Source: an alpha proteobacterium HIMB59 (GTDB taxonomy: Bacteria > Pseudomonadota > Alphaproteobacteria > HIMB59). From it: a DNA stretch of 64,000 bases. Shown here one piece after another: positions 1-9,340 of the stretch; the first letter of the stretch is position 1; each line of letters begins with the position of its first letter. Where the stretch lies: NCBI GenBank assembly GCA_004321805.1, contig SGZV01000002.1, positions 25,629 to 89,628 on the forward strand. The letters are read 5' to 3'. The notes under the pieces are model-generated. The model was not told the DNA's origin, did no database searches, and saw only the letters and a list, made by a program, of their open reading frames with translations. The translations under genes and the position numbers were made by a program.

Positions 1-261
1 ATGACAAAAAGCCTAGCAAGTGATTATGCTAGTCAAAATATTCGAGTAAATGCTATTGCCCCAGGTTATGTGAAAACAGATATTACAAATTTACCAAAAA
101 AATATGAGCACTGGTATCCTACGTGGAACAAGCAAACACCAATGAACAGAATGGCAGAACCTCATGAAATTGCCTCAGCAGCACTCTTCTTATGTAGTCC
201 TGCATCTAGCTATGTTACAGGTGAGGTCTTAGTGGTCGATGGCGGCTATACTACTCGATAA
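1..261 (+). CDS. SDR-family oxidoreductase (polyol dehydrogenase-like), 3' part only; 5' end lies outside the window
   Basis: C-terminal SDR motifs IRVNAIAPG and YVTGEVLVVDGG; 76/86 aa identical to the SDR at 5928-6692. Confidence 0.9.
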   Translation: MTKSLASDYASQNIRVNAIAPGYVKTDITNLPKKYEHWYPTWNKQTPMNRMAEPHEIASAALFLCSPASSYVTGEVLVVDGGYTTR

Positions 262-312
262 CTAAAATAATAATTTAAACCTCAATATTGTTGTCTATTT
301 AATTTTTTAATA

Positions 313-344
313 TGAAATATATTTCAATTTAGAAATATATTTCA
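313..344. promoter_or_regulatory. Tandem palindromic operator candidate upstream of the SorC-family regulator
   Basis: Perfect palindrome TGAAATATATTTCA at 313-326 and AGAAATATATTTCA at 331-344, 18 bp apart; the same motif recurs at 1370-1402. Confidence 0.7.
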
Positions 345-367
345 TTGAATTATTTTTGTTTATATGA

Positions 368-1324
368 TTGATTACCTTCATGAAAAGTGATGATCCGAAA
401 GCGTCTGATGAAATCTTTATTTCTAAAAAATGCGCATGGCTTTATTATGTTGGAAGGCTAAATCAAAATCAGATAGCAAAGAAAGTAGGCCTAAGCAAAA
501 TGCGTGTACATAGGTTAATTGCTTTTGCTGAAAAAAAAGGTTTTGTTAAAACTTTTGTTGAGGGTGGTTTTGATGAAACTTCAAAATATGAAAATATTTT
601 AAAAGAAAAATATCATTTAAAAATTAGTGAAGTTATTCCGATTGAAGATTTAAATAATGATCCAAATGAAATGATAGGTGCTGCTGGCGCAAGATTTATA
701 ATGAATCAAATTAATGAAAATAACATAAGTGAATTTGGAATTGGAACAGGAAATACTGTTAACACAATAGCTAAATGGCTACCTAAGATAAATAAAAAAG
801 TCGATTTTATAACAGTAAATGGATCTTTGACTTCTCATAATTCAATACAAACTGAAACTGGCATTAATCAAATAGCCCATAAAACAAATGGAGAATGTTA
901 TAACGTTGGTATTCCTTTGATGGTTGAGTCGATTGATCAAAAAAAGGTTCTAGAAAAAATTAAATTTATTAAAGAAATCATGAATAGAGCAAAAAACACA
1001 AAAATAAAAATATTAGGTGTTGGCGGATTATTTGACACTTCCCAAATTGTTAAGTCTAAAATTTTTAGTAAAGACTCAATAGAAAAACTTAAAAAAGCAG
1101 GAGCTGTCGGAGAAGTAGCTGGTAATTTTTTCGACAAAAATGGAAAATATATCTCAATTAAAGAAACGCAAAAAATAACTAGTGCAGATATTGATTCTTT
1201 TAAGATATCAACAACAGTGCTAGTTGCTGGTGGCAAGCAAAAATTTTCACAAATAAAATCTGTATTAAAAAGTGGCTTATTTACTGGTTTAATTACAGAT
1301 GAAGAGACAGCGAAATATCTTTAA
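368..1324 (+). CDS. SorC/DeoR(Bs)-family sugar-binding transcriptional regulator (start may be ATG 380)
   Basis: N-terminal HTH AWLYYVGRLNQNQIAKKVGLSKMRVHRLI; C-terminal GAVGEVAG..FFD, VAGG..K and LITDE sugar-binding-domain motifs. Confidence 0.9.
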   Translation: MITFMKSDDPKASDEIFISKKCAWLYYVGRLNQNQIAKKVGLSKMRVHRLIAFAEKKGFVKTFVEGGFDETSKYENILKEKYHLKISEVIPIEDLNNDPNEMIGAAGARFIMNQINENNISEFGIGTGNTVNTIAKWLPKINKKVDFITVNGSLTSHNSIQTETGINQIAHKTNGECYNVGIPLMVESIDQKKVLEKIKFIKEIMNRAKNTKIKILGVGGLFDTSQIVKSKIFSKDSIEKLKKAGAVGEVAGNFFDKNGKYISIKETQKITSADIDSFKISTTVLVAGGKQKFSQIKSVLKSGLFTGLITDEETAKYL

Positions 1325-1351
1325 AATAAAAAAAATACAAGTTTCCTTTTG

Positions 1352-1403
1352 TAAAATATTTGTCTAAAATGAAATAAGTTTAACGTATTGAAATTTATTT
1401 CAA
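1352..1403. promoter_or_regulatory. Operator array upstream of the ABC solute-binding gene
   Basis: TGAAATTTATTTCA at 1389-1402 (13/14 match), TGAAATAAGTTTAA at 1370-1383 (11/14), TAAAATATTTGTCT at 1352-1365 (10/14); 18-19 bp period. Confidence 0.6.
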
Positions 1404-1433
1404 GGTTAAGCATATCTTAACAGGAGGATAATA

Positions 1434-2858
1434 ATGAGAAAACTACTATTTGCCGTAATTGCATCTACTTTTTCTTTTTCAGCAATGGCTGGCGGTCATG
1501 CTGATTGGTTTAAAGAAGCTGGTGCTCCTTACAAAGGCACAGTTCTACAGGGTGTAGCTGAAAATACACCTCCAGGACAGTTTGCTGGTGAAGTTTTAGC
1601 TAAAGAATTTGAAGAGCTAACCGGCATTAAAGTCCAACTTGAAAATACATCATGGGATCAGATGTATGATAAAGCAATCAAGGACATGGAAGCAAATTCA
1701 GGTATTTATGACTTTGTCTACATTGAACAAGACATTGTCTACGATTACCTAAACAGAGACTTCTTAGTTAATATCACAGAAGGCCTAGCTAATAACCCAG
1801 ACCTTCAAGCACCTGGTGTAAGTCTTGATGACTTCACAACATTTATTGATTACTTCAAAGATGGATCAGGTGATGTATTTGGTGTGCCTATGGAAGCATT
1901 CATCAAGGTATATCTATACAGAAAAGATCTATTCGAGAGAGCTGATGCTAAAGCAGCATTTAGAGCTCAATACGGATATGGTCTTTCTCCAGCAACTTCT
2001 TTTGATCAATACAGAGACAATGCTGAGTTCTTTACTGGCTTCTGTGCTGAGCAAGGAATGGAATGTTGGGGAACAACAGTTCAAGGCCACACTGGTCACC
2101 CAGCATCAACATATGAGTTCTTAGAGTCAATTGCTCCTTCATTTGGTTTATACAATTGGGGTGTAAATATGGACTCTTATCAGTCTTGTGTTGAAAATGG
2201 TGGACAGTTAAACGGTGGTAGAGCAAAAGCTGCTCTTAACTTCTGGACACAATTATTACCATTTGCGCCACCTGAAGCACTTCAAAGTACTTGGAGTGAG
2301 GTTGGATCATCTTTTGCTGCAGGAAGAGCTGCACAAGGATGGGTCTATGGTGAGAACGCTGCTTGGATTGCAACAGATGCCGAGAGATCAGCTGTTGTAG
2401 GCAATGTTGGTGTTATGTTACCTCCTACTGCACCAGGTGTTATGACTCAAGCGGCTTCAGGCAACGGTTACATTGGTTACTATGATGGAGGTGCTTATGG
2501 TATTCCTCACTCATCTAAAAACAAAGAGGCAACTATGCTTTGGTTGCAGTTTGTTGCTTTGAATGAACATCAAGCTGATTGGGCGATTGCTGGCGGACGT
2601 ATCACACACAAAGGTACTTACTCTGATCCAAAAGTGATTGCTGTTGATGAACAGGCAGATGGTTACTTTACTTTAATGAGAGATACTGGCTTCTTATACG
2701 CTGGTGCTCCTCCATTCCCATTCCACGGAGCGGGAAGAGGTGCTATCGATCCATTCATTTATAGTGCTTTAGCAGGTGAAATGACTCCTGAAGAAGCTCT
2801 GGATGGTGCATGTGCAGCTCTCGACCAAGTAATGGCTGACCTTGGTTACCAGAACTAA
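1434..2858 (+). CDS. Carbohydrate/polyol ABC transporter periplasmic solute-binding protein
   Basis: Signal peptide, FEELTGIKV and YRKDLF family-1 SBP motifs, strong SD CAGGAGG, followed by two permeases. Confidence 0.9.
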   Translation: MRKLLFAVIASTFSFSAMAGGHADWFKEAGAPYKGTVLQGVAENTPPGQFAGEVLAKEFEELTGIKVQLENTSWDQMYDKAIKDMEANSGIYDFVYIEQDIVYDYLNRDFLVNITEGLANNPDLQAPGVSLDDFTTFIDYFKDGSGDVFGVPMEAFIKVYLYRKDLFERADAKAAFRAQYGYGLSPATSFDQYRDNAEFFTGFCAEQGMECWGTTVQGHTGHPASTYEFLESIAPSFGLYNWGVNMDSYQSCVENGGQLNGGRAKAALNFWTQLLPFAPPEALQSTWSEVGSSFAAGRAAQGWVYGENAAWIATDAERSAVVGNVGVMLPPTAPGVMTQAASGNGYIGYYDGGAYGIPHSSKNKEATMLWLQFVALNEHQADWAIAGGRITHKGTYSDPKVIAVDEQADGYFTLMRDTGFLYAGAPPFPFHGAGRGAIDPFIYSALAGEMTPEEALDGACAALDQVMADLGYQN

Positions 2859-2872
2859 TTAAATAACTCTTT

Positions 2873-2899
2873 AAAGGGAGGTGAAAGCACCTCCCTTTT
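2873..2899 (+). terminator. Intra-operon stem-loop/terminator after the SBP gene
   Basis: AAAGGGAGGTG-AAAG-CACCTCCCTTT(T), perfect 11-bp stem. Confidence 0.8.
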
Positions 2900-2905
2900 A
2901 ACTTT

Positions 2906-3787
2906 ATGCTATCTAAAAACAAAACCGGCTGGCTTCTTTTATCTCCTACAATAATTATTTTAGTTTTAGTAGGCTTGGTTCCTTTCTTTTATGTTTTGTA
3001 TGTTGGTTTTTTCAAATGGAATCCTCTTGCTGTTGATCCATCAATGCAGTTTGAAGGTTTTGGTTTTAACTATAGACGATTAATTTTTGATCAAGTTTTT
3101 TTAGAGTCTATTTGGCGGTCTATAAAATTTGCTTTTGTTACTCTATTCTTTGAATTAACCTTAGGGTTTTTGCTCGCTTTATCTTTGCTGAGCTCTTTTC
3201 CATTAAAGTCTTTTTTTAGAGGCGTTCATACTCTTCCCCTTGTAATAGCCCCAATTGTTGTAGGTTCAATTTTTAAATTATTTACAGTACAAGGCTTAGG
3301 ACCATTACCTCATATTCTAAAAGATTACTTTGGCTATACTTTAAATTATGGATTAAATGCTGATCAAGCATTTTGGATGATAGTTATTATGGACATATGG
3401 CATTGGACTCCATTTGTTACACTTACGCTACTTGCGGGACTGAGTGCCCTTCCTCAAGATCCATATGAGTCTGCTAAAATTGATGGGGCAAATAATTTTC
3501 AAATTTTTTTTTATATAACGATACCGATGATGATTCCTGTCTTGATAGTTGTAATTTTTATCAGGTTAATGGACTCTTTAAAAATTGTTGATGAAATATG
3601 GATGCTTACTGGAGGAGGCCCAGGTTATGCTACAAGATTTACAGGAATTCATATCTGGAAAGAAGTATTTGAAAAAAGGTTTTATGGATTAGGTTCAGCT
3701 ATGTCAATTCTATATTTATATATTACGATAGTAATTTGTTGGATTTTATACAGTGTCATGGCTTCTAGGGGTAAAGATGAAGATTAA
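2906..3787 (+). CDS. Sugar ABC transporter permease (MalF-type)
   Basis: Multiple TM segments, DIWHWTPF and EAA loop YESAKIDGA. Confidence 0.92.
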   Translation: MLSKNKTGWLLLSPTIIILVLVGLVPFFYVLYVGFFKWNPLAVDPSMQFEGFGFNYRRLIFDQVFLESIWRSIKFAFVTLFFELTLGFLLALSLLSSFPLKSFFRGVHTLPLVIAPIVVGSIFKLFTVQGLGPLPHILKDYFGYTLNYGLNADQAFWMIVIMDIWHWTPFVTLTLLAGLSALPQDPYESAKIDGANNFQIFFYITIPMMIPVLIVVIFIRLMDSLKIVDEIWMLTGGGPGYATRFTGIHIWKEVFEKRFYGLGSAMSILYLYITIVICWILYSVMASRGKDED

Positions 3788-4631
3788 AAAAACTTTAGGT
3801 AAAATTTCAACAACAATTCTATGGAGTTTACTAACTATAATTACACTTCTTCCAATATATTGGATGGTTTTGGTTTCTACTAGAACGCCAGTTGAATTAT
3901 TTGGTAAGCCAGATTTAAGTCCAACATTTTTAGAAAAAGTTCATTGGAAAAATTTCACTAAACCTTTTATAGACGGCATTTATTCAGACTATCTAATGAA
4001 TTCAATTATTGTAGCTACTTCAAATGCAGCTTTGGTTACTATTATGGCTTTAATGGCTACTTATGCTCTTTCAAGATTTAAACTTCCTGGATCCGAAAGC
4101 ATATTCTTTTGGACAATGACAAATAGAATGGCCCCTCCAGCAGCATTTCTGCTTCCTTTGTTTTTATTATTTTCAACTGTGTTTAAATTTGGTGATGCTA
4201 CTTTGTTTGACACTAAAATTGGTTTAATTTTATTATACTGTGTTTTTAATCTGCCTTTTGCAATTTGGCTTCTAAAAGGCATCATAGATGGAATTCCCAG
4301 AGAATTAGATGAGGCTATGATTGTAGATGGTGCAAATTTATTCACAATTTTTAGAAAATTAATCATACCTTTGGCCGCCCCAGGAATTGCAGTAACTTCT
4401 CTATTAAGTTTTTTATTTGCATGGAATGAGTATTTATTGGCCTCCACACTTACAAGTGTATATGCAAGAACGATACCCACTGGACTATCAGAATTTGTTA
4501 CAACGACTGGTACAAATTGGGGAACTATGGCAGCAGTTGCTTTAGTTTCAATGCTACCAGCTTTATTATTTTTATTTTTAGTACAAAGGCACATAGTTGC
4601 AGGATTAACTTTTGGAGCAGTGAAAGGATAG
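3777..4631 (+). CDS. Sugar ABC transporter permease (MalG-type)
   Basis: AYALSR-like motif, EAA loop [25 protein letters not shown]; start moved to ATG 3777, preceded by AGGGGT. Confidence 0.92.
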   Translation: MKIKKTLGKISTTILWSLLTIITLLPIYWMVLVSTRTPVELFGKPDLSPTFLEKVHWKNFTKPFIDGIYSDYLMNSIIVATSNAALVTIMALMATYALSRFKLPGSESIFFWTMTNRMAPPAAFLLPLFLLFSTVFKFGDATLFDTKIGLILLYCVFNLPFAIWLLKGIIDGIPRELDEAMIVDGANLFTIFRKLIIPLAAPGIAVTSLLSFLFAWNEYLLASTLTSVYARTIPTGLSEFVTTTGTNWGTMAAVALVSMLPALLFLFLVQRHIVAGLTFGAVKG

Positions 4632-4632
4632 T

Positions 4633-4812
4633 ATGAAAAAAAAAGGTTTTATTCCTCTGAATACAAATTGGTTTGATAGACTATTTATTGGAGTGATAAG
4701 TTACGTAGCATTACAATTATTCTGGATGAGATTTATTGAGAGTTTTGCATCAATAAATTTTAGTATCGGAATTGGTATAGTTTGGATTGCATTTGTAATT
4801 TGGAAGGGATAA
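4633..4812 (+). CDS. Small integral membrane protein, DUF2160-like (59 aa, absent from the ORF track)
   Basis: Manual translation MKKKGFIPLNTNWFDRLFIGVISYVALQLFWMRFIESFASINFSIGIGIVWIAFVIWKG; GF.P..T...DRLFI motif and two TM segments; starts 1 bp after the permease stop. Confidence 0.8.
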   Translation: MKKKGFIPLNTNWFDRLFIGVISYVALQLFWMRFIESFASINFSIGIGIVWIAFVIWKG

Positions 4813-4845
4813 GTGGAAAAGGGACAAGAGCAGAAAGGATAGGTT

Positions 4846-5889
4846 ATGAAGGCATTAGTATTAGAAAAACAACTTGAATTAAAATTACGTGATATTGATT
4901 TACCAACCGAGGTAGGGGCTGATGATGTAAAAATTAAAATGCATACAGTTGGTATCTGTGGATCTGATATTCATTATTATGAACATGGAAAGATTGGACA
5001 ATGGCATGTTAATGCCCCAATGGTTTTAGGACATGAGGGATCAGGTACGGTAATTGAAGTTGGGGATAACGAAAAAGTTTTAAAAGTAGGCGATAGGGTC
5101 TGCATTGAACCTCAAGTTGTAAGTAAAAAATCTAAAGAATATAAATTGGGAATGTACAACTATGATCAACAGGTAAAGTTTTGGGCTACACCACCAATTC
5201 ATGGTTGCCTAGCACCAGAAGTAGTATTTCCAGGGGATATGGTTTTCAAAATTCCTGATAATCTATCTTATGCTGAGGGAGCTATGGTAGAGCCGTTAGC
5301 AGTAGGAATGCAAGGAGTAACAAAAGCTAAAATTAAACCAGGACAAATAGGCTTGGTAATGGGTTGCGGACCTATTGGTTTGGTTACTGGTCTTGCTGCA
5401 TTAGCTGGAGGATGCTCTAAAGTATATATTGCAGATGTTTTAGCCGAAAAATTAAAAATGTGTGAACATTATCCTGATTTGATTCCGGTAGACTTAACTA
5501 AAGAAAGCTTATCTGAAAGAATTATGGATGATACTGGTGGATGGGGAGTAGATCGTTTTTTTGAATGCAGTGGAGCAGTCAAGGCTTATGAATCTATTTT
5601 TTCATGTTGCTCTCCGGGTGCTCATGTTGTGCTTATTGGTAATAATGCAGAGCCTGTCCCAATGAATTGGGCAATTCTATTCGCTAAAGGTTTAGAATAT
5701 CAAACTGTTCATAGGTATTCTCATCAATATGAGCCTTCAATAAGATTACTTGGTAGTGGAAAAATTGATGTCAAGCCTATGATTACTCACACATTTAAAT
5801 TTGAAGAAAGTGTTGAGGCTTTTGAGAGAGCAGCAGAACACAGGCCAACTGATGTAAAACTTCAAATTAAAGTTGATGAAGATAATTGA
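4846..5889 (+). CDS. Zn-dependent NAD(P) polyol dehydrogenase (xylitol/sorbitol dehydrogenase, D-xylulose reductase-like)
   Basis: [39 protein letters not shown]. Confidence 0.88.
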   Translation: MKALVLEKQLELKLRDIDLPTEVGADDVKIKMHTVGICGSDIHYYEHGKIGQWHVNAPMVLGHEGSGTVIEVGDNEKVLKVGDRVCIEPQVVSKKSKEYKLGMYNYDQQVKFWATPPIHGCLAPEVVFPGDMVFKIPDNLSYAEGAMVEPLAVGMQGVTKAKIKPGQIGLVMGCGPIGLVTGLAALAGGCSKVYIADVLAEKLKMCEHYPDLIPVDLTKESLSERIMDDTGGWGVDRFFECSGAVKAYESIFSCCSPGAHVVLIGNNAEPVPMNWAILFAKGLEYQTVHRYSHQYEPSIRLLGSGKIDVKPMITHTFKFEESVEAFERAAEHRPTDVKLQIKVDEDN

Positions 5890-5927
5890 TATTAAATTGA
5901 AAATTGTATACTAGGGTTTAATAAAAT

Positions 5928-6692
5928 CTATCTAGTAGTATAGCCACCATCGACTACTAAGACTTCACCTGTAACATAGCTAGATGCAGGACTACATAAG
6001 AAGAGAGCAGCTGAAGCGACTTCATGAGGCTCTGCCATTCTATTCATTGGCGTTAGCTCATTCCAAGTAGGGTACCAATGCTCATTTTCCTTAGGTAAGT
6101 TAGTCATTTCTGTTCTTATATATCCGGGTGCGATAGCATTTACTCGAATATTTTGGTTAGCATAATCACTTGCCAGACTTTTTGTCATCATATGCACTGC
6201 AGCCTTAGAAGCATTATAAGCCGTTTGGGGCTGGGGAATATTAGATACCAATCCAGAAATAGAGCCAATATTTAAAATTACACCTTCACCTTGCTTTTTC
6301 ATAGGGGGAATAGCAGAGCGACACATGCGAAAAACTGCGTCTACGTTCAGGTCCATAATCTTATCTAATAAATCATCGTTAAACTTTTCAGTATCACCAT
6401 GCTGAGCAACACCAGCATTATTCACAAGAATATCGACTCTCCCATGTTTTTCTAAAGTAAAATCAACAGTTTTCTGTGGAACTGAGCGGTCAAGAAGGTC
6501 TCCTTCAAAAAAAGAAACATCGTATCCAGCATCTCTTAGCTCTTGTACTCCCCCAACTGGGTCTGTTCTGTTAACTAAAATTAATTTTGCACCAGCCTCG
6601 CCAAGAGCATGCGCAATTGAAAGACCTATGCCCCTCGTACCACCGGTGACAAGAGCAGTCTTACCGTCCAATTTAAATTTATCTAAAAACAT
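5928..6692 (-). CDS. SDR-family oxidoreductase (polyol 2-dehydrogenase-like)
   Basis: TGGTRGIG, NNAG, catalytic YNASK, N.PQPQTAY motif typical of polyol SDRs; SD GGAGG. Confidence 0.9.
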   Translation of the reverse strand: MFLDKFKLDGKTALVTGGTRGIGLSIAHALGEAGAKLILVNRTDPVGGVQELRDAGYDVSFFEGDLLDRSVPQKTVDFTLEKHGRVDILVNNAGVAQHGDTEKFNDDLLDKIMDLNVDAVFRMCRSAIPPMKKQGEGVILNIGSISGLVSNIPQPQTAYNASKAAVHMMTKSLASDYANQNIRVNAIAPGYIRTEMTNLPKENEHWYPTWNELTPMNRMAEPHEVASAALFLCSPASSYVTGEVLVVDGGYTTR

Positions 6693-6725
6693 CGCATACC
6701 TCCATTGATTAATAATACATTTAAA

Positions 6726-7805
6726 TTATTTAAAGGCATTATTAGAGCTGTCAAAAATATGACATCGGGATGATGAGAAACCAACTTTAACAGTATCTCC
6801 TACTTTAATTTGAGAGTCACCCTCAGTTTGAACTACTAAAGGCTCTCCTTCCTTTTCAAGATAAAGAAAAGTTCCAGATCCTAGTTTTTCTACAACAAAG
6901 ACTTTACTCTCCCAACTCCCATCACTTTCCTCATTGATAGTAAGATGCTCAGGCCTTATACCTAGCATTACAGAATCCCCATCAGATGCTGTTGCAGAAG
7001 TTTTAGGTACACTAATCTTTGATGAGCCCATTAAGTCTAATTCAGTTTTATCGTTACTCTTACCAATTATCTTTGAAGGTATGAAATTCATTTTTGGAGA
7101 ACCTATAAATCCTCCTACAAATAAATTATCAGGGTTGTTATAAAGATCCAAAGGTGACCCTTTTTGTGAGATAACACCGCTATTTAGAACAACAATATCA
7201 TCTGCCATTGTCATAGCTTCTGTTTGATCATGGGTTACATAGATCATAGTAGCATTCAGCTTGTCATGAAGTTTAGCCAACTCAACTCTCATTTGAACAC
7301 GAAGAGCAGCGTCTAGATTTGATAATGGCTCATCAAATAAAAACACTTGAGGTTTTCTTGTAATTGCTCTGCCAATAGCAACTCTTTGTCTTTGACCACC
7401 AGATAGCTGTTTAGGTTTTCTTGTTAAGTAATCTTCAATTTGTAGAATTTTTGCTGCTTCTTGAACACGTTCATCGATCTCTTCTTTGGATCTTTTTTCT
7501 AATTTTAATCCAAAAGCCATATTATCAAATACAGTCATGTGGGGATATAAAGCATAGGATTGAAATACCATTGCAATATTTCTCTCTTTTGGTGGTAGGT
7601 CATTGACAACAGTGCCGTCTATTGAAATTGTACCTGTATTTATATCTTCTAATCCTGCAATCATTCTTAGCATTGTAGATTTACCACACCCTGATGGTCC
7701 TACTAATACTGTAAATGACTGACTTTTTATTTCTAATGAAACATCTTTGATAACTTGAACGCTACCATAGAACTTATTTAGTTTATCAATTTTTATATCT
7801 GCCAC
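6726..7805 (-). CDS. Sugar ABC transporter ATP-binding subunit (MalK/UgpC-like)
   Basis: Walker A GPSGCGKS, LSGGQRQR, FLFDEPLSNLD, C-terminal TOBE domain; GTG start with SD AAGGAGG. Confidence 0.95.
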   Translation of the reverse strand: MADIKIDKLNKFYGSVQVIKDVSLEIKSQSFTVLVGPSGCGKSTMLRMIAGLEDINTGTISIDGTVVNDLPPKERNIAMVFQSYALYPHMTVFDNMAFGLKLEKRSKEEIDERVQEAAKILQIEDYLTRKPKQLSGGQRQRVAIGRAITRKPQVFLFDEPLSNLDAALRVQMRVELAKLHDKLNATMIYVTHDQTEAMTMADDIVVLNSGVISQKGSPLDLYNNPDNLFVGGFIGSPKMNFIPSKIIGKSNDKTELDLMGSSKISVPKTSATASDGDSVMLGIRPEHLTINEESDGSWESKVFVVEKLGSGTFLYLEKEGEPLVVQTEGDSQIKVGDTVKVGFSSSRCHIFDSSNNAFK

Positions 7806-7979
7806 TTCATCCTCCTTTGAGCGATCTTACAAGTGAAGGGTTTATTATACTTTAATTAGTAAAATTTTAAATCAAATATTCATCTTAATAATTTTATCGA
7901 CGAAATTTTATAAACAACTTTTTTATAGTTCGTAAAGTTCTCTGTAGAATATGGGTCTGTACATATAATATAATTTTAT

Positions 7980-8192
7980 ATGGGTTGGTGGAATGGCAAG
8001 GATGAAGAAATAAAAGAGCCTAAAATTCCTTATTTAAAATGCTCCGACTGTGGAGAAACTCATGAGGTTTCAACTAAATATATAAATTCACTGACTCAGG
8101 AAATAGTTAATATTTGCTATAATTGTCATAAAAAAAAATATATTGAGGGTTTGGCAGTAATGTCTGCTATTGATGGATTTACAGATTTATAG
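7980..8192 (+). CDS. Hypothetical 4-Cys (zinc-ribbon-like) microprotein
   Basis: CSDC-x21-CYNC; TATAAT at 7969-7974 just upstream; next ORF starts 3 bp after the stop. Confidence 0.6.
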   Translation: MGWWNGKDEEIKEPKIPYLKCSDCGETHEVSTKYINSLTQEIVNICYNCHKKKYIEGLAVMSAIDGFTDL

Positions 8193-8195
8193 TCA

Positions 8196-8375
8196 ATGAG
8201 ACCAGAAATTATCTTTCCAATAATTTATTTAGGCTGCTTATTAATATTAGTTGGACCGAGGTTTTTAAACACAAATTCATCATTAAAACAATTTTTGAGT
8301 AACTTAGGAATATGGGCAATAATTGTTTTAGCTATAAGTGTTGCTTATCAGGCATATCATTACTTTTTACCATAA
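8196..8375 (+). CDS. Hypothetical 59-aa two-TM membrane protein (absent from the ORF track)
   Basis: Manual translation MRPEIIFPIIYLGCLLILVGPRFLNTNSSLKQFLSNLGIWAIIVLAISVAYQAYHYFLP; fills the gap between two same-strand ORFs. Confidence 0.7.
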   Translation: MRPEIIFPIIYLGCLLILVGPRFLNTNSSLKQFLSNLGIWAIIVLAISVAYQAYHYFLP

Positions 8376-8391
8376 TAAATATTTTTAAGAT

Positions 8392-9297
8392 TTGAATAAA
8401 TTAAACATTACTTATCACCCAGATTACGACATACCTGTGTCTCCAAAACATCGATTTGTGGGAACTAAATTTTCAGATTTGTTTTATTACCTTAAAGGAC
8501 AAAAGTTTTTTTCAAAATGTAATGTTACAAATCCCCAAAATGCTCCTAAAGAAAGACTTCTTCGTGCACACTCTTCAATTTACATCGATAAAATTCATGA
8601 AAATAAACTTAGTGATAGTGAATTACGAAAAATTAACCTTCCTTGGTCACAGCGTCTTAGTGATCGTTCATTTTTGGCAATAGAAGGCACATATCAAGCT
8701 GCCAAACTCTCCTTGGAATATGGTATTGCTTGTCATGTAGGTGGAGGAACACATCATGCTCATCGTGAGTATGGATTTGGATTTTGTGTCTTTAATGATT
8801 TAGCATACACCGCATTAAATTTAATTGAGGAAAATTATGTAAAGAGTGTTCTTATATTAGACGCTGATGTGCACCAAGGTGATGGAACAATAGATATTTG
8901 CCAGAAACACCCCTCAATTTATACTTGCTCTATTCATAGTGAAAGTAATTTCCCTTTTGAAAAAAAACAGGGATGGTTAGATGTTTCTATTCCAGCTAGA
9001 TCAAGTGATGAATATTATTTATCTCAAATTATCCAAACCCTAAAAGAAATTGATAATCGAATTTCCCCAGATATTGTTTTATACGATGGTGGTGTAGATA
9101 TTTTTAAAGATGATGGATTAGGTAATTTGAATATTTCCCGTGAGGGAATTATTCAAAGGGACAGAATAATCCTTGAAAATTTTAGGAAAAAAAGAGTTCC
9201 TGTAACAACAGTTATTGGAGGCGGTTATAGCGTTGATAAAAGTGAGCTAGCTTCAAGGCATGCAATTATATTTGAAGTGGCGCTAGAAATGATTTAA
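8392..9297 (+). CDS. Histone-deacetylase-family Zn-dependent amidohydrolase
   Basis: GGGTHHA, GFCVFND, ILDADVHQGDGT, GGGY; TTG start. Confidence 0.92.
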   Translation: MNKLNITYHPDYDIPVSPKHRFVGTKFSDLFYYLKGQKFFSKCNVTNPQNAPKERLLRAHSSIYIDKIHENKLSDSELRKINLPWSQRLSDRSFLAIEGTYQAAKLSLEYGIACHVGGGTHHAHREYGFGFCVFNDLAYTALNLIEENYVKSVLILDADVHQGDGTIDICQKHPSIYTCSIHSESNFPFEKKQGWLDVSIPARSSDEYYLSQIIQTLKEIDNRISPDIVLYDGGVDIFKDDGLGNLNISREGIIQRDRIILENFRKKRVPVTTVIGGGYSVDKSELASRHAIIFEVALEMI

Positions 9298-9334
9298 TGG
9301 ATTTTTGGGGAGTTTTTACCCCCCCTATATCCAA
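9298..9334. terminator. Imperfect hairpin between convergent genes, possible bidirectional terminator
   Basis: TGGAT-TTTTGGGGAG-TTTTTA-CCCCCCC-TAT-ATCCA. Confidence 0.4.
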
Positions 9335-9340
9335 GTTAAA

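Noticed and set aside
937-7606. Shadow ORFs 937-1236, 1825-2124, 2032-2226, 2215-2400, 4061-4594, 6934-7143, 7421-7606
   Set aside because: Fully nested in or antisense to well-supported genes, with no motifs or RBS.
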